Source of the DNA: Candidatus Multivorans sp.
Lineage (GTDB): Bacteria > Acidobacteriota > Thermoanaerobaculia > Multivoradales > Multivoraceae
Direction of reading: 5' to 3'
NCBI GenBank assembly: GCA_965224025.1
Contig: OZ245033.1
Coordinates: forward strand, 2,432,001 to 2,496,000
DNA: 64,000 bases
Shown here: one piece after another, positions 29,401 through 37,280 of the stretch
Position numbering within the stretch: position 1 is the first letter of the stretch
How the letters are laid out: each line of letters opens with the position of its first letter
Position numbers and translations under genes: made by a program
The notes under the pieces: model-generated
Databases searched by the model: none
The model's input: the letters and a program-made list of their open reading frames with translations, nothing else
Told to the model about the DNA's origin: nothing

Positions 29401-30093
29401 CCTGCGGGAGTGGGAGGCGGCGGCGCGGCGACGGTGTCGATCGACGACGACGACACGCCTCCGATGGCGGTGATTGAAGTGAGCGGCTCGGCGTGCGACC
29501 CTGAGCTTTGCCGGGCCCTGACCGGCGAGCCGGTGCAGTTCGCGGACATGAGCACCGGTCCCGCGGCGTCGCGTCGCTGGGAGTTCGGCGAGGGTACGGA
29601 GTCGAGTCTGCGCAGGTTGGCGCACATTTGGTCGGCGCCGGGTTTCTATGAGGTGACGCTGTGGGTGAGCGACGGCGGGCGTGAATCGATGTCATCGCGT
29701 GTGTTCCTGGTCGAGTCGAGTTCTCCTGCGGGGACGTGCGTGGCGGACGCGGAGACGCTGTGTCTGCAGGACTCGCGCTACGCGGTGGCCGTACAGTGGC
29801 GGAAGCCGGACGGCGAGAGCGGCGCGGGGAGCGTGGTTCACGCGGGAACGAACGACTCGGGTCTGTTCACGTTCTTCAACCGTGAGAACTGGGAGATTCT
29901 GATCAAGGTGCTGGACGGCTGCGCGGTGAACGGTCACGTGTGGGTGTACGGCGCGTCGACGACGGACCTCGGCTACTCGATCCGGGTGACGGACACGGCG
30001 ACGGGCGTGGAGAAGGAGTACTGGAACGAGCCAGGGCAGCCGGCGCCCGCGATCACCGACGCGATGGCGGTTCCGGAGGGCTGCGAGCCGTAG
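23500..30093 (+). CDS. Giant secreted multidomain S8 (kexin-like) protease/adhesin: Spondin_N, FN3, PPC x3, S8, P-domain, FN3, Ig-like, Calx-beta repeats, poly-Pro, PKD, Cys-containing C-terminal domain
   Basis: Spondin_N (HFSRLIGGVH, MIAPSPDWFVG, LYPWDAGTEDG); catalytic VAVVDVG, HGTSVAG, WSAGNG and GTSAAAP; LTWRDV, YGFGVVDA; P-domain GTWTLRV; ARAGTDY Calx-beta motifs. Confidence 0.9.
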   Translation: MFQSASVRRLRQALLLAAVAAGLLLPDPARAQDTSLTPSPDDPDVAVRSEALYDITFTGAWTTTVTPGGLPGGAHFSRLIGGVHNDEVTFLKGGEEASAGVESMAELGGYSTLRNEINAAGADRLSTIQGTSDFISPTATVTFDEVTLTTDHPRVTLVTMIAPSPDWFVGVSSLTLLGSSGDWKDSVSVDLYPWDAGTEDGTEFSLSNDATDPQGVITSLQGIGKFNSNKIATLEITLKSTVTAAPTISAVHPGDEALTVLWTAPSGVTDITAYDLRYILTSADETVDSNWTVVEDIWTEGLLRHVLTGLTDGSGYDVQVRAVTNTDGMWSATVTGTPTEPGNTFGTALTLPLDLPLGGDIDVPNDLDIFEFTLTGETGVILLALGDIDTVAVLYDEDGNFLDANDDGGRVGEPLNFLIWETLGAGTYYLEVSTRLFSFDTGPYQVRVNTIVDTTGLSDAKEVEVGSFENGLIDPEEDEDYFRFTLTEETDVILRSGPPVADTVGELLNNSGTSITENDDGFVLGRPAQFLIRRKLAAGTYYVKVKAFSEKVTGLYSFHVETVTEPGSTIADAASLEFREIGAGRIDPSTDADYFKIVLSEATHVFGRAVSNTVDIDGALLDGNGDAVTANVFEQDFRSDGPMGFTLADRLDAGIHYIKVTRSGGDNTGGYSIRMTEDEDMNQFVADCSALPAPFSDPLSGCQWNLKNTGQLGGTSGQDIRVEDVWTDGNMGAGIGVAVVDVGLHEAHPDLIDNVDTARGHDYTNNGDGLLYPFNSHGTSVAGVIAARDNDLGGRGVAPRARVYGYNLLRSGSYEKEVDAMTRNMATTGASSNSWGALEGPGLDPAAETWEMAIDTGVETGYGGKGVVYVWSAGNGAPDDNANFDGYVNYYGVTAVCAVNDRGQRSAYSELGATLWICAPSNGGSAGILATYNYGRYGDSFGGTSAAAPTVSGVVALVRAANTALTWRDVKLILAASARKNDTSNSGWRTGASKYGATGRYNFNHEYGFGVVDAKAAVALASGWKILSPFIETDPVEATPDLGIPDATTSDPGATVMSTVTIGTEVEFIEFVEIVADFEAPAFRDLRVELVSPSNTVSTLAVPSGALDEDGNTFGIDPDFRFGSARHLGEDPAGTWTLRVTDHATEDTATLKSWSLKIFGHRSTPGAPAVPIATPGQRALTVFWSAPSTIGASEVTTYDVRYILSDAADKADNRWTEETGVWTSGSLSHTVTGLLDDTKYDLQLRGVNAKGGGAWSESVSVETLPNRPPVAVGSLVGPDLQVGDGSEDLDVSGAFEDPDDDTLTYDASSSAPAVAEAGISGDRVTLTPVARGTATIMVTATDVTGSNMAATQRFDVRVKGRRGVTISEDALMVDEGSSETYTVVLDSEPTGPVTVTPSVPANRDLSVDPTELEFTTGNWQIERFVTVEAATDANTNSEPPVAISHRVSGADYGSVTAPSVRVTIVETDTSTLSVEGAEASESGGTVTFEVTLSKAGTSEITVDYRTSDGSARAGTDYTAANGTLTFPVSSMASQQIVVDITNDTEDEAEEESFRLTLRNAQHASLAGGGSTLQVTGTIRDDDDPEVEVSFGSASYGVTEGRAVTVVVRLNRDPERDLDIDLDRTHHGDATDADYSGVPSSVAFGPDVRTQEFLFMATDDTVDDDGEAVVLSFGSLPSRVTAGGSGETTVAIQDNDGGLPVPPPPPPPPPPPPPPPPPPPPPPPPPPPPPPPPPPPPPPPPPPPPPPPPPPPPPPPPPPPEVSVTAASASESAGAMVFDVRLSASSSSAVTVDYATGDGPGAAGAKAGSDYTETQGSLRFPAGSSARQIRVPVTADGEDEEEVETFTLTLRNPVNATLAGGGSALQVVGAILDDDDPEVVVSFGSSSYAAPEGGTVEVTVVLSGDPEREVSIPLVRTHGGGASESDYSGVPERVTFSSGVTTQTFEFTAADDSEADFGESVVLGFGVLPAGVGGGGAATVSIDDDDTPPMAVIEVSGSACDPELCRALTGEPVQFADMSTGPAASRRWEFGEGTESSLRRLAHIWSAPGFYEVTLWVSDGGRESMSSRVFLVESSSPAGTCVADAETLCLQDSRYAVAVQWRKPDGESGAGSVVHAGTNDSGLFTFFNRENWEILIKVLDGCAVNGHVWVYGASTTDLGYSIRVTDTATGVEKEYWNEPGQPAPAITDAMAVPEGCEP
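28600..28776 (+). repeat. (CCN)n tract encoding about 59 consecutive prolines
   Basis: 177 bp of CCA/CCG/CCT/CCC codons, in frame with the protease. Confidence 0.95.
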
Positions 30094-30111
30094 GCGACCA
30101 AGACGATCGTC

Positions 30112-30606
30112 CTATCCGGCTGCCCGCTTCGGCGTCTCGAACCACGCCAGCCTGCCGCCGTAGGGCTCGGTCTCGCTCCACGAGTCGATGTCGAGATGGA
30201 CGCAGGCCAAGGCCGCGGTGACGAACCGGGGCGGATCGTCGCCGGTCAGTCGGCGGACGAGCTCGGCGCAGGTGGGTTGGTGGCTGACGAGCAGTATGGA
30301 GTTCGCATCGTCGGCCTGCTCGCGCAGAAGATCGATCGCCGATCCCGGCGACGCCAAGTACAGCGCGGGCTTCAGGATCGTGGCGCGGTTCCAGTTGCCG
30401 GCCGCCACGGCCAGCTCGATCGTCTGCCGGGTACGCAAGGCGGACGAACAGAGGATCCGGTCGGGCAGCTCCCGTCGTTCGGCGACAAGGCGGCCCATCG
30501 TCTTGGCGGCCGCGACGCCACGGGGGTTCAGGGGCCGATCGTGGTCCGCGCCGTAGGTTGCGCTCCAGTCCGATTTGGCGTGACGAAGAACGTACAGAAT
30601 TCGCAC
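30112..30606 (-). CDS. sixA: Phosphohistidine phosphatase SixA
   Basis: LRHAKSDW, DHDRPLNPRG, CSSALRTRQT and LLVSHQP. Start uncertain. Confidence 0.85.
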   Translation of the reverse strand: MRILYVLRHAKSDWSATYGADHDRPLNPRGVAAAKTMGRLVAERRELPDRILCSSALRTRQTIELAVAAGNWNRATILKPALYLASPGSAIDLLREQADDANSILLVSHQPTCAELVRRLTGDDPPRFVTAALACVHLDIDSWSETEPYGGRLAWFETPKRAAG

Positions 30607-30723
30607 GGTTGGGCGTGACGGTAGCAGGGTCGTGAGGTGCCGCCGCGGCTGTGTCATGGACACACGGTCCGGGACCGGCGCGCTGTCTCGTGACCCGTCG
30701 TGCGCGTGTGTCATTCTCGGAGC

Positions 30724-32199
30724 ATGAAGAGCGCGGATTCAGTGCGGCGGACGGTGGCAGTCGCGGTTTGCGGACTGGTTCTCGCGGCTACGGCCGGGGC
30801 TCAAGGCGCTCCGCCGGCTTCGGAGAGGGCCGCCCTGAACCTGGAAAGCTTCGACTTCGCTTGGAGGCGGATCGCCGACACCTTCTGGGACGAGGAGATG
30901 GGCGGTGTCGACTGGCAGGCCGTGGGCGACGAGCTGAGGCCGCGAGCCCGGGATGCGGCGGACGCACGGGAGCTGCGGGAGGTGGTCCAGGAGATGCTCG
31001 CGCGGCTGGGGCAGTCTCACTTCGGCGTCCTGCCGGGCGCCCGGTCGGCGGGCGGCGGCAGAGAGCCGGCGGCGAGCGACAACGGGGACGGCGCCGCCTG
31101 CACCCCGGCGCTGATGCAGACCGTCACCGGCGAGGGCGCTTCGTCCGCATCGGACGCGGGGCCGGGGTTAGAGATCCGTTTCCTGGACCGGCTACCGGTG
31201 GTCAGCCGGGTCGTGGCGGGTTCGGCGGCTGACCGTGGCGGTTTGACGACCGGCGCCGAGGTCGTGCGGATCGGTGACCAGGGTCTCGGAGCTCTTTCCC
31301 GCTGCTTCGAGTTGGAGTCCCTCGATCCGCGGGTTGCCGACCTGGTGCGTGCGCGCGCCGTCGAGGGCCTGCTCTTCGGAGCACCGGGCGATTCCGTGGA
31401 GGTGGAGTTCGGCGACGGGTCCGGCGAGCGGTTCGTGCTCGAGTTGGAGCGCGCCCACCACCCGGACGCAGTCGCAATCGGCTTCGGCAACCTGCCGCCG
31501 ATGCAGTACGTGTTCGAGACCGAGGAGGTGGAGACGCCGACCGGGGGACGGGTGCTTGCGGTGCGCTTCAGCGTCTGGATGGTGCCCGTGGTCGAAGCGT
31601 TCGAAACCGCGGTCTACGGATACCCCGCGGCCGGCTCGTCGGCGTTCGATGGCCTGCTGATCGATCTGCGCGGCAATCCCGGCGGCGTGGCCGGCACCGC
31701 CGTCGGGATTGCGGGCTATCTGATGGATGAGCGGGTCTCACTGGGCAGCATGTTGCACCGCGGCTCGGACCTGCGGTTGCCGGTGTACCCACGCCGGGTA
31801 TCGCGTGGCAGCGAGAAACTCGAAGTGTTCGGTGGACCGGTCGCCGTACTCACTGACGGCGGCAGCGCCAGCACCAGCGAGATCTTCGCCGCCGGACTCC
31901 AGGACCACGGTCGCATCAGGGTGTTCGGCGAGCCGACTGCGGCGGCGGCGCTGCCGGCGGTGGTCGAGAGGATGCCGAACGGCGACCTGCTGATGCACGC
32001 GATCGCCGACTTCGTTCGCCCGAACGGCGAACGGGTCGAAGGCCGGGCGGTCGTCCCCGAGTCGCTGGTTCCTCTCACGCGGGAGGGGTTGCTCTCCGGC
32101 AGGGACGAACCCCGGGAGGCGGCTCTGGCCTGGATCGCTTCAGAGCTGGACCGGGAGAGTCGCGGTACCGTTGACGGCGGCGGCGCGGCGGAGAGGTGA
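30724..32199 (+). CDS. S41-family (C-terminal processing) peptidase with PDZ-like region, secreted
   Basis: GVDW, LIDLRGNPGG, VLTDGGSASTSEIFA and EGRAVVP; signal peptide. Confidence 0.85.
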   Translation: MKSADSVRRTVAVAVCGLVLAATAGAQGAPPASERAALNLESFDFAWRRIADTFWDEEMGGVDWQAVGDELRPRARDAADARELREVVQEMLARLGQSHFGVLPGARSAGGGREPAASDNGDGAACTPALMQTVTGEGASSASDAGPGLEIRFLDRLPVVSRVVAGSAADRGGLTTGAEVVRIGDQGLGALSRCFELESLDPRVADLVRARAVEGLLFGAPGDSVEVEFGDGSGERFVLELERAHHPDAVAIGFGNLPPMQYVFETEEVETPTGGRVLAVRFSVWMVPVVEAFETAVYGYPAAGSSAFDGLLIDLRGNPGGVAGTAVGIAGYLMDERVSLGSMLHRGSDLRLPVYPRRVSRGSEKLEVFGGPVAVLTDGGSASTSEIFAAGLQDHGRIRVFGEPTAAAALPAVVERMPNGDLLMHAIADFVRPNGERVEGRAVVPESLVPLTREGLLSGRDEPREAALAWIASELDRESRGTVDGGGAAER

Positions 32200-32251
32200 C
32201 GAAACGCGCGAAGGATGCCGCGGTCGCCTGCTCTCCGAGGAGTGAGCTTGG

Positions 32252-32845
32252 ATGAACGTCGGCCTTTGGAGTGAAGGAGTCGGGCTTGGCCGGTTCGGCG
32301 CCGAGGGCGCCCTCGGACCGCCCTGGCTGTGGGTTGTGGCGGGACTGCTGCTGTTGCTGCTGGGTCGACAGCTCTACACCGCGTTGCTGGGGCTACTCGG
32401 CTTCTTCGTCAGCTACGGCCTGCTTTCCGATGTGGTGACCCTGCCCAGCGACATGCGGCTGGTGGTGGCGGTGGGCATCGGAGTCGTCAGTGCCTTGCTC
32501 GCGTTCATCGTGCGCAAGGTCGCTGTGGCCATGGCGGGCGCGATGCTGGGCGCCGGCGCCGCGCTGTGGGCGGCGGGCTTCTACGGCCTGCAATCGGAAG
32601 TCCTGTGGTGGGTGGTGACCGCTGCCGCGGCATTGCTGGGAGCGTGGTTGCTGCGCCAAGTCTTCGAAACGGCGCTGATCGTGGTTTCGTCGTTCATCGG
32701 CGCGCTGCTCATCATGGCGGCCGTGGGCCTGGACGGGCTGCCGGCCCACGCGGGCGTCGCCGTGCTGATCGTGGTCGGGGTTGCGTTTCAGATGCGGCGT
32801 CGTCGCGGGCAGGAACGCGACGCGAAGAAGGCCTCGGCAAGCTGA
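32252..32845 (+). CDS. Multi-pass membrane protein (DUF4203/TMEM198-like)
   Basis: About six hydrophobic segments; LLLGRQLY...LGFFVSY and IVVSSFIGA. Confidence 0.7.
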   Translation: MNVGLWSEGVGLGRFGAEGALGPPWLWVVAGLLLLLLGRQLYTALLGLLGFFVSYGLLSDVVTLPSDMRLVVAVGIGVVSALLAFIVRKVAVAMAGAMLGAGAALWAAGFYGLQSEVLWWVVTAAAALLGAWLLRQVFETALIVVSSFIGALLIMAAVGLDGLPAHAGVAVLIVVGVAFQMRRRRGQERDAKKASAS

Positions 32846-32855
32846 GGAGTCGGCG

Positions 32856-33332
32856 ATGAAGGATCGGCCGGGTCGGCGCCGGAGTTGGAATGGCGCCGCG
32901 ACGCGCGCGCTGCTGGTGTGCGCCTGCCTGGCCGCGCTGCCGGAAGCCGCGACCGCCGTACAGGCTGAATCGGCCGCGCAGGCCTGCGTGGCCGATGCCA
33001 CCTCCCTGTGCCTGAACGGTGACCGATTCCGCGTCGCCGTCCGCTGGGAGACCGAGAACCGGTCCGGCGACGGCAAGGCGGTGGAACTCACCGGCGACAC
33101 CGGCTACTTCTGGTTCTTCAGCGAGAACAACGTCGAAGCCGTGATCAAGGTGCTGAACGGCTGCGCGATCGGCGACGGCGCCTACTGGGTCTTCATCGGC
33201 GGCCTGACCGACGTCCGCGTCGAACTCGACATCGAGGACGTCGAGTCCGGCGAGTCCAAGACGTACCTCAACGAAGCCGGGAACCTGTTCGTGCCGGTGA
33301 CCGACACGAAGGCGTTCTCGACCTGCGACTGA
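32856..33332 (+). CDS. Secreted stand-alone copy of the giant protease's C-terminal domain
   Basis: CVADATSLCLNGDRFRVAVRW...GYFWFFSENNVEAVIKVLNGC...WVFIGGLTDV...YLNEAG aligns with CVADAETLCLQDSRYAVAVQW...SGLFTFFNRENWEILIKVLDGC...WVYGASTTDL...YWNEPG. Confidence 0.85.
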   Translation: MKDRPGRRRSWNGAATRALLVCACLAALPEAATAVQAESAAQACVADATSLCLNGDRFRVAVRWETENRSGDGKAVELTGDTGYFWFFSENNVEAVIKVLNGCAIGDGAYWVFIGGLTDVRVELDIEDVESGESKTYLNEAGNLFVPVTDTKAFSTCD

Positions 33333-33396
33333 AGGTGGGGGGCGGCGCGTCCGAGGAGAAGGTGCGAGGCTTGCGCCTCGCGCGTGTCTTCCGGTA

Positions 33397-33430
33397 CGCC
33401 GGCCTGTAACCGCGGGTCTTCTGACCCGCG
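33397..33430. repeat. GTAG-type REP-like palindrome, copy 1
   Basis: CGCCGGCCTGTAACCGCGGGTCTTCTGACCCGCG, 33/34 identical to 46664-46697; hairpin CGCGGGTC-TTCT-GACCCGCG. Confidence 0.75.
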
Positions 33431-33472
33431 CAGAGAAATGGGCGATGCCGCGAAGCGGCGAGCCCGTGAGGC

Positions 33473-34702
33473 CTACCTACCTTCAGAGTGCTCTGCCGCC
33501 ACGGCGAGAACCCCCTTGCCCGTCGCCCTGGTGCTCCCCGCGATGGCGGGGAGAAGGACGGCCTGACCGGGCCGCAGCAACTCCGAACCCGAGGCGTTGC
33601 GTACCTCGATCTCTCCCTTGAGAGCGAGGACCATGCGGGCACGACCATCAGGGTTGAGCGGTGCCTCGCCGTCGTTGCCGACCTGCAGGACATCCAATCG
33701 AAAGTCGTCGACCGGCGGCCTAAAGCGGGATCGTGTGCCCCAGGGCTGTTCGTCGACTCGGGGCGCCACCAGGGCGCCGCCGGCGGCTTCGTAGACGAGG
33801 ATGTCGAGCAGCTCTGCGACGTCGATGCGCTTGGAGGTCAGACCGAGGCGGAGCACGTTGTCGGAGTTCGCCATCACCTCGACCGCGGAGCCCGCCAGGT
33901 AGCTGTGTGGCACGCAGGGTCCGGTGAAGAGAGCTTCGCCGGGATCGAGGCGAATCAGGCGCAGGAAGAGCGGTGCGACGACCAGAGGGTCGTCCGGGTA
34001 GTGCCCGGCGATGCGGACGACCCACTGCATCGCCTCCCGGCAGTCTGCGTTGCTCCCGGTCGAGGCGCGGCGGGCCGCGTCGACGGCGGCGGAGGCGAAC
34101 TCGGTCCCGGTGTGCCGGTAGAGCGCTTCGAGCAGCGGTCGATAGGCGGCGGCGCCCGCGGATTCGAGCCAGTGGACGTGCGGCTGGAGTCGTTCGAGGC
34201 CGAGGTCGGCCAGGAGCCGGGCCGCCTCGGCGGCGGGCCGGAAGCCGGACAAGGCGGAGAACGGCGTCAGTGCGTAGAGCAGCTCCGGCTTGTGGTTCCG
34301 GTCGCGGTAGTTGCGGTTCGCTTCGGCGCCGGGTTCGGCGCCGCTGGTTTCGGCGGCGAAGCCGAGGGCGGCCTGCTCGCGATTGGGGTGGGCCTGGATC
34401 GACAGTGGCCGGGCGGCGGAGAGGACCTTGGTCAGGAACGGCAGGGCGGCGCCGGGCTTGCCGGGGCCGAGAACCTCGTCCTGGCGGTCGGCGATCAGCC
34501 GGTCGAGGGGAACTGCGGCCGGAGGCGGACAGGCGAGAGCGACGCCGGCCGGCGCCTCGGGATGGGCGCCGAACCACAGTTCGGCTTCCGGCCGGCCGGT
34601 GGGTTCGCGGCCGCAGAGGCGCGGGATGAAGTCGCGGGTGCCCCAGTCGTAGTGACGCACCTGGGGGATGAGCCGCAGGGGGCGGTCGAGCGGCGCGTTC
34701 AC
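33473..34702 (-). CDS. manA: Mannose-6-phosphate isomerase, class I
   Basis: YDWG, AELWFGAHP, LPFLTKVLSAARPLSIQAHP, YRDRNHKPE and EVMANSDNVLRLGLT. Confidence 0.93.
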   Translation of the reverse strand: MNAPLDRPLRLIPQVRHYDWGTRDFIPRLCGREPTGRPEAELWFGAHPEAPAGVALACPPPAAVPLDRLIADRQDEVLGPGKPGAALPFLTKVLSAARPLSIQAHPNREQAALGFAAETSGAEPGAEANRNYRDRNHKPELLYALTPFSALSGFRPAAEAARLLADLGLERLQPHVHWLESAGAAAYRPLLEALYRHTGTEFASAAVDAARRASTGSNADCREAMQWVVRIAGHYPDDPLVVAPLFLRLIRLDPGEALFTGPCVPHSYLAGSAVEVMANSDNVLRLGLTSKRIDVAELLDILVYEAAGGALVAPRVDEQPWGTRSRFRPPVDDFRLDVLQVGNDGEAPLNPDGRARMVLALKGEIEVRNASGSELLRPGQAVLLPAIAGSTRATGKGVLAVAAEHSEGR

Positions 34703-35316
34703 CGGCGCGCCGCCTCATGGGTCCACGAACGGGCGTCGGCTTCGGTATCGACATCCTCGAGCGGCGCCGGCGAATCGAGTTCCACCTCCCGGATGTGCTC
34801 GGCCAGGGAGTCGAGGAGCGGGCGCGCCCCTTGGTCGCCGCGCAGACGCTCCAGATGCCCGAACCACCGCCGGCCGAAGGTGACGGGCGCGCCGCGGCGG
34901 CCGCGGAAGGTCGGCACGACGATCGAGGAGGGGTCGCGGAACGCGCCGAGCAGGCGGTCGATGACGGCGGCGTCGAGCCCCGGTTGGTCCACGGCGAGGA
35001 ACATCGCGCCATCGGCATCCGCCGGGACCGCGGCCAGACCGCGGCGCACGGACCCGCTCTGGCCGCGCTGGTAGTCCGGGTTGTGGACCGCGCGCAGGTC
35101 GAGGTCGGCCACTTCCGCGCCTATCCGCCGCTCCGCGCGGCCGGTGACCAGGACGACCTTCACCAGGTTCGAGGCGAGTGCTTCGCGGCAGACGCGCCGC
35201 ACCAGAGTCTCGCCGTCGATGCGGTAGAGCTGCTTCGGCTCCGTCGCGCCAGTGGCCGTCTCGAACCGGGTCGAGAGCCCGGCGGCGAGCACGATGCCGG
35301 AGACCGGGCTGGTCAT
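34699..35316 (-). CDS. mocA: Molybdenum cofactor cytidylyltransferase-like nucleotidyltransferase
   Basis: GIVLAAGLSTRF, NPDYQRGQSGS, LAVDQP, RGAPVTF, GDQGAR and EDVDT; downstream of xdhC. Confidence 0.8.
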   Translation of the reverse strand: MTSPVSGIVLAAGLSTRFETATGATEPKQLYRIDGETLVRRVCREALASNLVKVVLVTGRAERRIGAEVADLDLRAVHNPDYQRGQSGSVRRGLAAVPADADGAMFLAVDQPGLDAAVIDRLLGAFRDPSSIVVPTFRGRRGAPVTFGRRWFGHLERLRGDQGARPLLDSLAEHIREVELDSPAPLEDVDTEADARSWTHEAARR

Positions 35317-36041
35317 CGGTCCGTCGCCGGCCGGCCGTTCCTCACCGCGACGAGCTCGGCGGCGATGGCGAGAGCGATCTCCTCGGGCTTGCGACCTCCG
35401 AGGTCGAGGCCGATCGGCGCATGGATGCGATCGATCAGCTCGGACGACAGGCCGGCCTCGGTGAGCGCTTTGACCCGCTTGCCGTGGGTTCGCCTGGAAC
35501 CCAGGGCGCCGACGTAGCGGACACGGGCTTCGAGCGCCACCTGGAGCGCCGGGTTGTCGAGCTTCTCGTCGTGGGTGAGGAAGACGCAGAACGTGTTGGC
35601 GTGCAGCGGCATCCGCGCTAGGTAGTCGGCCGGCCACTCGACAACGAGATCGTCGGCGTGGGGAAAACGCTCGGCGGTGGCGAAGGCGGAGCGGGCGTCG
35701 ACGACAACGGTGCGGAACCCGAGTTGGCGCGCGAAGTGGACCAGGTGGATCGCGACATGGACCGCGCCGAGGATGAACAACTGGGGCAACGGCTCGAAGG
35801 TCTCGACGAAGATCTCTGCGCCTTCGATCTCGCGCAGACCCGTGGGCGGAAGGGCTTCGCCGTTCGCCAGCGCCGTGGCCGCCCGGTCGAGGCCGGGGTC
35901 GCCCAGCGTTCCCTGGGACCGTCCGTCGTCGGGCCACGCCAGCAGGCGGGCGCCCAGCCCGGCGCCGTCGGCCCCCGTGAAGGACACCACCCGTTCGGCG
36001 GCCAGCAGCGACTGGCGCAGGGACTCGAACCGGGAACTCAT
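35313..36041 (-). CDS. xdhC: XdhC/CoxI family protein, C-terminal (Rossmann) part
   Basis: LFILGAVHVA, VVDARSAFA, LTHDEKLD, YVGALGSRRT and APIGLDLGGRKPEEIALAIAAE. Confidence 0.85.
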   Translation of the reverse strand: MSSRFESLRQSLLAAERVVSFTGADGAGLGARLLAWPDDGRSQGTLGDPGLDRAATALANGEALPPTGLREIEGAEIFVETFEPLPQLFILGAVHVAIHLVHFARQLGFRTVVVDARSAFATAERFPHADDLVVEWPADYLARMPLHANTFCVFLTHDEKLDNPALQVALEARVRYVGALGSRRTHGKRVKALTEAGLSSELIDRIHAPIGLDLGGRKPEEIALAIAAELVAVRNGRPATDR

Positions 36042-36067
36042 CGGTGGGTGCTCTTGGCCGGTTGGCC

Positions 36068-36382
36068 TCAGCCGTCGATGCGTTCGACCAGCACCTCGAC
36101 CTCACCGCCGCAGGTGAGGCCCACGGACCACGCCTGCTCGTCCGAGATGCCGTAGCTGAGCCGCTTCGGCCGGCCGTCGTGGAGAACCGACTGCGCCTCT
36201 TGGAACACGGCGCCTTCGATGCAGCCGCCGCTGACCGAGCCGCTGATTCCGCCCGCGTCCGAGACCGCCATCTTCGAACCCAGCGGCCGGGGCGAGGAGC
36301 CGACGGTGCGAATCACGGTGGCGACGGCCACTTTCTGGCCGGCAGTGCGCCAGCGGTCGATGTCGGGAAGGATGTCCAGCAC
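36068..36382 (-). CDS. xdhC: XdhC/CoxI family protein, N-terminal part
   Basis: ATVIRTVGSSPRPLG, GSVSGGCIEG and VGLTCGGEVEV. Confidence 0.85.
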   Translation of the reverse strand: MLDILPDIDRWRTAGQKVAVATVIRTVGSSPRPLGSKMAVSDAGGISGSVSGGCIEGAVFQEAQSVLHDGRPKRLSYGISDEQAWSVGLTCGGEVEVLVERIDG

Positions 36383-36447
36383 AGGCGGATTCTACCGGCG
36401 TTCGGTCGTCCGGGCAGCGCTATAGTGCCTGTGGGAGGTAGTTGACG

Positions 36448-37212
36448 ATGACGATGCGGCGACTTTGGACGTTCGCAGTTGGAGCGGCCGCGGGGCTGCT
36501 GGTGGTGTTCTTGGTCGGCTGCGCGACGCCCGAGGCGGACCCGGTTGGGGCCGACGCGGACCCGGTTACCGCGCGGAGTCAGCCCGGTACCGGGATGGGG
36601 CTCTACGAGCCGGAGCAGCACGAGCTGTACGACGGCTGGTTCGTGATCACGGGCGGCAGCGTCCACCAGGTCGGCAGCCTGGACGACGAATCGCCCTGGG
36701 ACCATATGGGCGACGACGCCAGCAACGTGGCCCCGGTGGGCGGTGAGATCACGATCGATGTCGACGAGATCGCGAACACCGGCACCTTCCGCGCCGAGTT
36801 GCAGCTTCCCGAGGGGGACTACGTGGTGGAACTCGACCGGTTCCACGAGTTCTCGGAGTGCCAGGACGGGGGCATCGCGGCCTACCTGTTCGAGCACGGC
36901 GATGCCGGCTGCGGCGATTCGAACTGGCCCAAGAGCCTGCTATATGTCGCCGGCTGGGGTTATGGCCGCGCAACGCTGAACGGCGAGGAGCTGTACAGCG
37001 ACTACCAGATCCACTTCATGGTCACCCAGGGCATGCGCGACCGCGAGACGCTGCAGGTGCAGCTCGAGCCCGCCGAGGGTTCTGCCGGTGCCGTGAACCC
37101 GGCGGCCCAGCAGTTGGACTTCTACATCCGCAGCCCCGAGAACAACGACGCGAACCACCCCAACCGCGAGGTCTTCGACCACTTCTTCGCGATGGCGGTG
37201 ACCTGGCAGTAG
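36448..37212 (+). CDS. Hypothetical lipoprotein
   Basis: Signal peptide with LVGC lipobox; acidic, His-containing mature part; host-like codon usage. Confidence 0.7.
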   Translation: MTMRRLWTFAVGAAAGLLVVFLVGCATPEADPVGADADPVTARSQPGTGMGLYEPEQHELYDGWFVITGGSVHQVGSLDDESPWDHMGDDASNVAPVGGEITIDVDEIANTGTFRAELQLPEGDYVVELDRFHEFSECQDGGIAAYLFEHGDAGCGDSNWPKSLLYVAGWGYGRATLNGEELYSDYQIHFMVTQGMRDRETLQVQLEPAEGSAGAVNPAAQQLDFYIRSPENNDANHPNREVFDHFFAMAVTWQ

Positions 37213-37280
37213 GGGCCGAGAGCGGCTGGGGGTCGGTCGCGGTTGCAACCGGCCGGTCGGGGAGCGTCGTTGGTCGGGTG

